From Candidatus Hydrogenedentota bacterium (GTDB lineage Bacteria; Hydrogenedentota; Hydrogenedentia; Hydrogenedentales; SLHB01): 64,000 nucleotides of DNA. This document shows positions 59,377 through 64,000 of this stretch, in pieces (the stretch's first letter is position 1; each line of letters opens with the position of its first letter). Location of the stretch: the NCBI GenBank assembly GCA_045863295.1, contig BTWA01000004.1:224788-288787 (forward strand). The letters run 5' to 3'. Both the position numbers and the translations under genes were made by a program. The notes under the pieces were generated by a model that was not told where the DNA came from, did not search any database, and was given only the letters and a program-made list of their open reading frames with translations.

Positions 59377-59394
59377 GATCGCGCGGGAAGCGGA

Positions 59395-60243
59395 TCAGCG
59401 CCCGCCGTTACTGTATATCATCTGAATCAGGTAAGGGCTGTTTCGCTTGTTTGCGATTTGCAGCGGGGTAAGGCCGTCCTTGTCTCTTTGATTCAAATTG
59501 GGCATTTTGGAAAGCGCTTCCAGGGTCACATGCTCCGGCGCTTCTGCGACAATTGCGTGCAATGGCCAGCGCCCATCCGGATCGGCAACATTCAAGTCTA
59601 TGTCAAACCGTAACAAGGCGGATACTACGTCCCATGTTTTCTTTTCCACAGCGCGCTGAAATGCGGTATACCCGCCCGCATCCCTGATGGACGTATCCGC
59701 GTGCCGTTGCCCCAGTGTTACGGTTTCCAGATCCACACTGCCGTCTTCCCGTTCGTGCCTACGCACTTCCCATTGCGTATATTCCTTCAACAGTGCGTTC
59801 GCGCACGCGGCGTCCTTATGCGCGGCGACTATATGCAGTGGGGTTCTGCCATCGGGAGTCTTGGCGTCCGGGTCTGCGTTGTAGCGCAACAACAACTCCA
59901 TCATCGGTGCATGCTTGTATTGGGCGGCGAGTTGCAACGGCGTCCAATTCGTGTTTGTTTTCAGGTTCGTGTCCGCGTTGTATTCGAGCAACAGCGTAGC
60001 CAACTCCATGTGTCCGTCCCTTGCCGCGCGGTGCAGCGCGGTCACACCGTCTTGATCGCGCAGGTTGGGCGACACTCCGCTCTCCAAATGGGTACGGACG
60101 GTCTCCAGATCCCCCGCACGCGCCGCCTGATGAAACGGCGTCAGCCCATGGATGTCCTTGCGTTCGATCTCCGGTTCCTTCGTGCATCCCGAAGCAACAA
60201 GCAATAGGATTGGGACGAGTGTGTATCCATACGTCTTAAGCAT
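59395..60243 (-). CDS. Ankyrin-repeat lipoprotein
   Basis: Lipobox VASGC; repeated G.TPLH.AA units. Confidence 0.9.
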   Translation of the reverse strand: MLKTYGYTLVPILLLVASGCTKEPEIERKDIHGLTPFHQAARAGDLETVRTHLESGVSPNLRDQDGVTALHRAARDGHMELATLLLEYNADTNLKTNTNWTPLQLAAQYKHAPMMELLLRYNADPDAKTPDGRTPLHIVAAHKDAACANALLKEYTQWEVRRHEREDGSVDLETVTLGQRHADTSIRDAGGYTAFQRAVEKKTWDVVSALLRFDIDLNVADPDGRWPLHAIVAEAPEHVTLEALSKMPNLNQRDKDGLTPLQIANKRNSPYLIQMIYSNGGR

Positions 60244-60259
60244 GTAGGCAGTATATCAG

Positions 60260-60318
60260 AAAAAGAATCGGCCTCGAATGGCTTCAGGGCCCATTGACCC
60301 AGACGCCATTCGAGGCCG
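60260..60318 (-). terminator. Hairpin terminator after pfk
   Basis: CGGCCTCGAATGGC (60269-60282) / GCCATTCGAGGCCG (60305-60318) 14-bp inverted repeat next to an A-run. Confidence 0.6.
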
Positions 60319-60346
60319 TGAATCCCGGAGTTGCCGGAGGAAACAA

Positions 60347-61567
60347 CTATTTCTTTTTGGCAAGCACCTTCGGCACCGTGGGCGCACCCAGACGTTTCAT
60401 AACAGGCAGATCGCCGATGAGCGGCCGCGCATAGGCCTTAAACGCATCTGTCACGTAGTTGGCGTCTTTATTGATGAACTTATCGGGCATATGATTGGTC
60501 AGGCGTGCCACATCCTGCAATTTGGCAAGGTGATACTCTACCGCGTAATCACCCACGCGCTTGATGGCGACGGATCCGCTCTTGTTGTGCCAGATTGCAT
60601 ATTGTGCGGCGCGCTCGCCCACTTCACGCGCTTCCCGCTGATCCACCTCGCTCACGCAGCCCAGGAAGCTGCGCTGTATGTAACCGAGGGTGTCCGCGCG
60701 CACCCGTTTGATGGAGGTGCCGGACTTCACCCACTCCGACAGCATGTCGCCCAGGGCACCGGTTCCGGAGAGTTGCACGTTGCCATGCGCGTCTTTCTCG
60801 CCCTTGGTAAACTGGGTGACCAAAGCATTCCCTTTCGGATCCACGACGCCTTCGGAAACCGCGACGATGCAACGGCCATATTTATCGTTGGCCGCCTTCA
60901 CGTCTTTCAGGAATTTGTCTTTGGTCAGTGGGCGTTCCGGCAAATAGATGAGATGCGGGCCGTCTTCCGGGTACTGCCGCGCGAGACTGGCGGCGGCGGT
61001 AAGAAATCCCGCATGCCGTCCCATTACCACACCGATGTACACACCGGGCAGCGACCGGTTGTCGTAGTTTACCCCGGCAAACGCCTGGGCCACGAACTTT
61101 GCCGCACTGCCGTATCCCGGGCAGTGGTCGGTAACCCGCAGGTCATTGTCAATCGTTTTCGGGATGTGAATGACGCGCAACTCGTAGTCGGTCTTGGCGG
61201 ATTCTTCGCTGACGATCCGGCAGGTGTCGGCACTGTCGTTACCACCAATGTAGAAGAAATACCGGACGCCATGAGCCCGGCATACTTTAAAGATTTCCTG
61301 GCAATACGCCACGTCCGGTTTGTCCCGGGTCGACATCAATGCCGACGAGGGGGTTGCGGCCACTTCCGCCAGATTGTGCGAGGTCGCCTCTGTAAGATCG
61401 AGGAAATCTTCATTGACGACGCCGCGCACGCCGTGTTGCGCGCCGTATACCCTCGTTACTTGCGGAAATTTCCGCGATTCCAGAATTGCTCCAACCAGGC
61501 TCTGGTTGATGACGGCGGTCGGACCGCCACCTTGCGCAATCAGTACTTTACCTTCCAATCCCGGCAT
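60347..61567 (-). CDS. pfp: 6-phosphofructokinase, probably pyrophosphate-dependent
   Basis: AQGGGPTAVINQS, IGGNDS, PKTIDND, MGRHAG, LGYIQR. Confidence 0.88.
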   Translation of the reverse strand: MPGLEGKVLIAQGGGPTAVINQSLVGAILESRKFPQVTRVYGAQHGVRGVVNEDFLDLTEATSHNLAEVAATPSSALMSTRDKPDVAYCQEIFKVCRAHGVRYFFYIGGNDSADTCRIVSEESAKTDYELRVIHIPKTIDNDLRVTDHCPGYGSAAKFVAQAFAGVNYDNRSLPGVYIGVVMGRHAGFLTAAASLARQYPEDGPHLIYLPERPLTKDKFLKDVKAANDKYGRCIVAVSEGVVDPKGNALVTQFTKGEKDAHGNVQLSGTGALGDMLSEWVKSGTSIKRVRADTLGYIQRSFLGCVSEVDQREAREVGERAAQYAIWHNKSGSVAIKRVGDYAVEYHLAKLQDVARLTNHMPDKFINKDANYVTDAFKAYARPLIGDLPVMKRLGAPTVPKVLAKKK

Positions 61568-61786
61568 GGTCTGTCTCCTTTCGTAATCCGAACGCCTTTC
61601 AGAGGGGAGCAGGCATTAAAATCGTCCCCAATATGGCGTGGTGTGATACCCCGTTGCACCCCGCAAACCCTCGCGGGCGGCACAAAACCTCGCAAAGTAT
61701 ACCGGGTGTCCGCCAGACGGTTCTACCCGTCTGCTGCGCATAGCACTTGGTAAAAGCAAGGCGCGGGTCATACCGGCCGGGCGTCG

Positions 61787-61795
61787 TGGTATAAT
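61787..61795 (+). promoter_or_regulatory. Extended -10 element upstream of the PHP gene
   Basis: TGGTATAAT. Confidence 0.45.
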
Positions 61796-61875
61796 TTGAT
61801 TGCCGACCCGCTGTCGGGATAGTGTGAATCAGCGGCCTGCAAGGTTTGGAATGGAGCGATTGGACTCATTGCACT

Positions 61876-62577
61876 ATGAAGGTTGAGATTCACTGCCGCA
61901 CGCATTTGCATTCCCCTGCGTCGGAAATTGCGCCTGTCGAGCTGGTCTTAATGGCGGAAGCCGCCGGATACGACGCCCTCTTTTTTACCGATCAGGGCAA
62001 CGTCTGGTCCAAGCGCGATTTACACAAACTCAGTGAGCACTGCGAACATCTGAAGCTCTATTCCGGGATCGAAGTCGCATTGCCGGGCGGGTATGAAATA
62101 CTCGTGCTTGGCGCCGACAGCCCGGTATACGAGTCGCTCACTTCGCCGCACGAAATCTTTGCCCAAGCCTGTACCGACGACTATCTGACTGTACTCGTCC
62201 ATCCTCCTCATCTTCAGAATCTGCCGGATGTCTACCGGCTGGCGGACGCCATTGAGACGCGGACCGTGACCCACCCTCGAAAAGAGGAAGAGGACGCGCT
62301 ACAGGCATTCGCGGATACTCATCGTATGGCCCCTATGTACGCTTCGGATGCCGACGGCCTGAATTACTTGAACAAGTTCTGGATCGAGACCGCGGTTCCT
62401 TTTTCCACGCCGCAAGAATTCCGGCGACTGGTTATTGGCGGGAAATATGCCAATCGGGTCCGTCCGCTTGCCCCCATGCATCCCCCGTCCATGAAAGTTG
62501 GTGTAATGGCTGATCTTGCCGACAGCGACTATGCCGCACTGGAGCGGATGCCCCGGCAGGAATCCCCATTCGCTTAA
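61876..62577 (+). CDS. PHP-domain protein with degenerate metal ligands
   Basis: EIHCRT, GYDALFFTDQ, GIEV, LVHP, DAIE, ASDAD follow the PHP motif order. Confidence 0.75.
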   Translation: MKVEIHCRTHLHSPASEIAPVELVLMAEAAGYDALFFTDQGNVWSKRDLHKLSEHCEHLKLYSGIEVALPGGYEILVLGADSPVYESLTSPHEIFAQACTDDYLTVLVHPPHLQNLPDVYRLADAIETRTVTHPRKEEEDALQAFADTHRMAPMYASDADGLNYLNKFWIETAVPFSTPQEFRRLVIGGKYANRVRPLAPMHPPSMKVGVMADLADSDYAALERMPRQESPFA

Positions 62578-62630
62578 CAATCATCCGCTGAACCGGTATA
62601 TGCTAAACCTCCCAAACGGAGGATTAGCCC

Positions 62631-63914
62631 ATGGTGCATGCCGTATTGCTTTTAATAGCCGCCGCCCTGCCTGGACCCGTCCTGTCGCCGGATGATATCG
62701 ACCAGCCTGTTAACGTCGTCGTACGACCGGATCTACCGTCGGACGGAATTATTCTGCAACCGAAAGATCCGGCCCGATCCACCCTGTGGTCGATGCCGGC
62801 AGCTACCCGGGTTACGGGCGGCAAAGCTGAGATATGGTATCAGCGCGTGGACAATTCGGAAGCCGTTTACGAGGATAAGAGGACGTTTTGCATTGGCGAA
62901 TTGGCGGACGGTGTCTGGTCTCTTCCGGCGATTCAACCCAGTTCGCCGGCCTGGGGCGGACCCAACAATGTGGTACTGACGCGATCTCCGCACAAACCCA
63001 CCTGGGGTGGGTTTAACGTTTTTCAGATGGCCGTCCTGGATGGACGATTCACCTTGCTGTACTGGGACCAACCTTCAGAGACCGGTGAGGCGGGCGCGAT
63101 GATCGCCACTTCGGCCAACGGACGCGAGTGGAACAAGGAGCCGGGAACCGTTTTCACCGAGCACAATGACGCCTACTGCCTCCTGAAAACGGCCGAAGGG
63201 TTTTTGCTATACCAAACCAAACTGGAGGATTGGCCGGACAAGCCTTTCCCCGACAATCTCAACCAATGGAAGCGTGTGCAGTCCATCCGTTCCTCCAGCG
63301 ATCTTCGCACGTGGACTGCCCAGGAAGTCTTTCTTCGTCCCGATGATCACGATCCGGTAGAAACGGAATTCTATCTGATGAAAGCGTTTGCGTATGGCAA
63401 CGGCTATCTGGGATTGATCATGAAGTATTTCGCCGATCCGAATCTACCCAACAAACACAGCGCGATTCTGAAGTACGAATTGGTCGCGAGCAGGGATGGA
63501 CGCCACTGGGAGCGTCCGTATCGCGGCACGGACCTCAAATTCTGGTCTTATGCTGACCCATTTACGCTGGATGGCAAAACTCATTTCGCCATTTGGGACG
63601 CCAATCTCGGCATGCGGACGGTCTGGTACGAGGAGGACCGGATGGTGGGAATACACGCAGATGGAGCCGGCTCTTTTGTTACAAAACCGTTTGTGGCGAC
63701 GGGGGCCATACGGTTGAACGCCAATGCCAAAAACGGTTCGCTCTCCATTGAGGTGCTCGACGAACTAGCCGAGCCTCTGACCTTATACGCGCCAATGCGC
63801 TTCGATGGCCAAGACGGAACGTCGCTGCCTGTAGTATGGCCTTCGCCACTCCCGGAAAAGCCGATCCGGTTGCGTATCACGCTTGCTGACAGCACGTATT
63901 ATGGGATTCACTAA
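62631..63914 (+). CDS. Secreted hypothetical protein, probable beta-propeller (GH32/43-like clan, Asp-box motifs)
   Basis: Signal peptide; ATSANGREW, SSSDLRTW, ASRDGRHW; C-terminal GSFVTKP..LNANA..G..VE beta-sandwich. Confidence 0.65.
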   Translation: MVHAVLLLIAAALPGPVLSPDDIDQPVNVVVRPDLPSDGIILQPKDPARSTLWSMPAATRVTGGKAEIWYQRVDNSEAVYEDKRTFCIGELADGVWSLPAIQPSSPAWGGPNNVVLTRSPHKPTWGGFNVFQMAVLDGRFTLLYWDQPSETGEAGAMIATSANGREWNKEPGTVFTEHNDAYCLLKTAEGFLLYQTKLEDWPDKPFPDNLNQWKRVQSIRSSSDLRTWTAQEVFLRPDDHDPVETEFYLMKAFAYGNGYLGLIMKYFADPNLPNKHSAILKYELVASRDGRHWERPYRGTDLKFWSYADPFTLDGKTHFAIWDANLGMRTVWYEEDRMVGIHADGAGSFVTKPFVATGAIRLNANAKNGSLSIEVLDELAEPLTLYAPMRFDGQDGTSLPVVWPSPLPEKPIRLRITLADSTYYGIH

Positions 63915-64000
63915 GTGCCACGCGAATAAGGGCAGGAGAACGATCTCTGCATCCGTTTTGGGGCGCGTAAGACTTGACTGCCGTTCCGTCCATTCGCCAG

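Noticed and set aside
1..64000. CRISPR arrays, tRNA/rRNA, reverse transcriptase/DGR, integrase/transposase, known defence genes
   Set aside because: I saw no repeat-spacer pattern or diagnostic motif by eye; tRNAscan, Infernal and DefenseFinder would be needed to exclude them formally.

Overview
About 64 kb of GC-rich bacterial chromosome with roughly 50 CDS. I found no rRNA, tRNA, CRISPR array, integrase or transposase. The gene content (DUF1501, DUF1549/DUF1553 cytochrome, PVC-type heme-binding protein, DUF1559 prepilin-like protein, Tat-exported Gfo/Idh/MocA enzymes) suggests a PVC-like or Hydrogenedentota-like organism; this is an inference. Most blocks are ordinary: RND efflux, aguAB, nfeD-floA, recO-lepA-lepB-lepB-hemW, rlmB and PPi-PFK. 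The best candidate for an uncharacterised system is at 8408-14868, a head-to-head pair of operons. One arm is a circularly permuted ATP-grasp plus an alpha-E protein. The other is a CP-ATP-grasp/alpha-E fusion with an eroded active site plus a transglutaminase. Each arm has its own well-formed sigma54 (-24/-12) element, and the locus has no Anbu protease or other peptidase. Other oddities: an unannotated RHS/YD remnant, an extra translationally coupled gene inside the NfeD-FloA operon, a signal peptidase I carrying a second dead S26 domain, a GH9 with an altered catalytic-base motif, and a PHP protein missing metal ligands. Family assignments come from motif recognition by eye, not from database searches.
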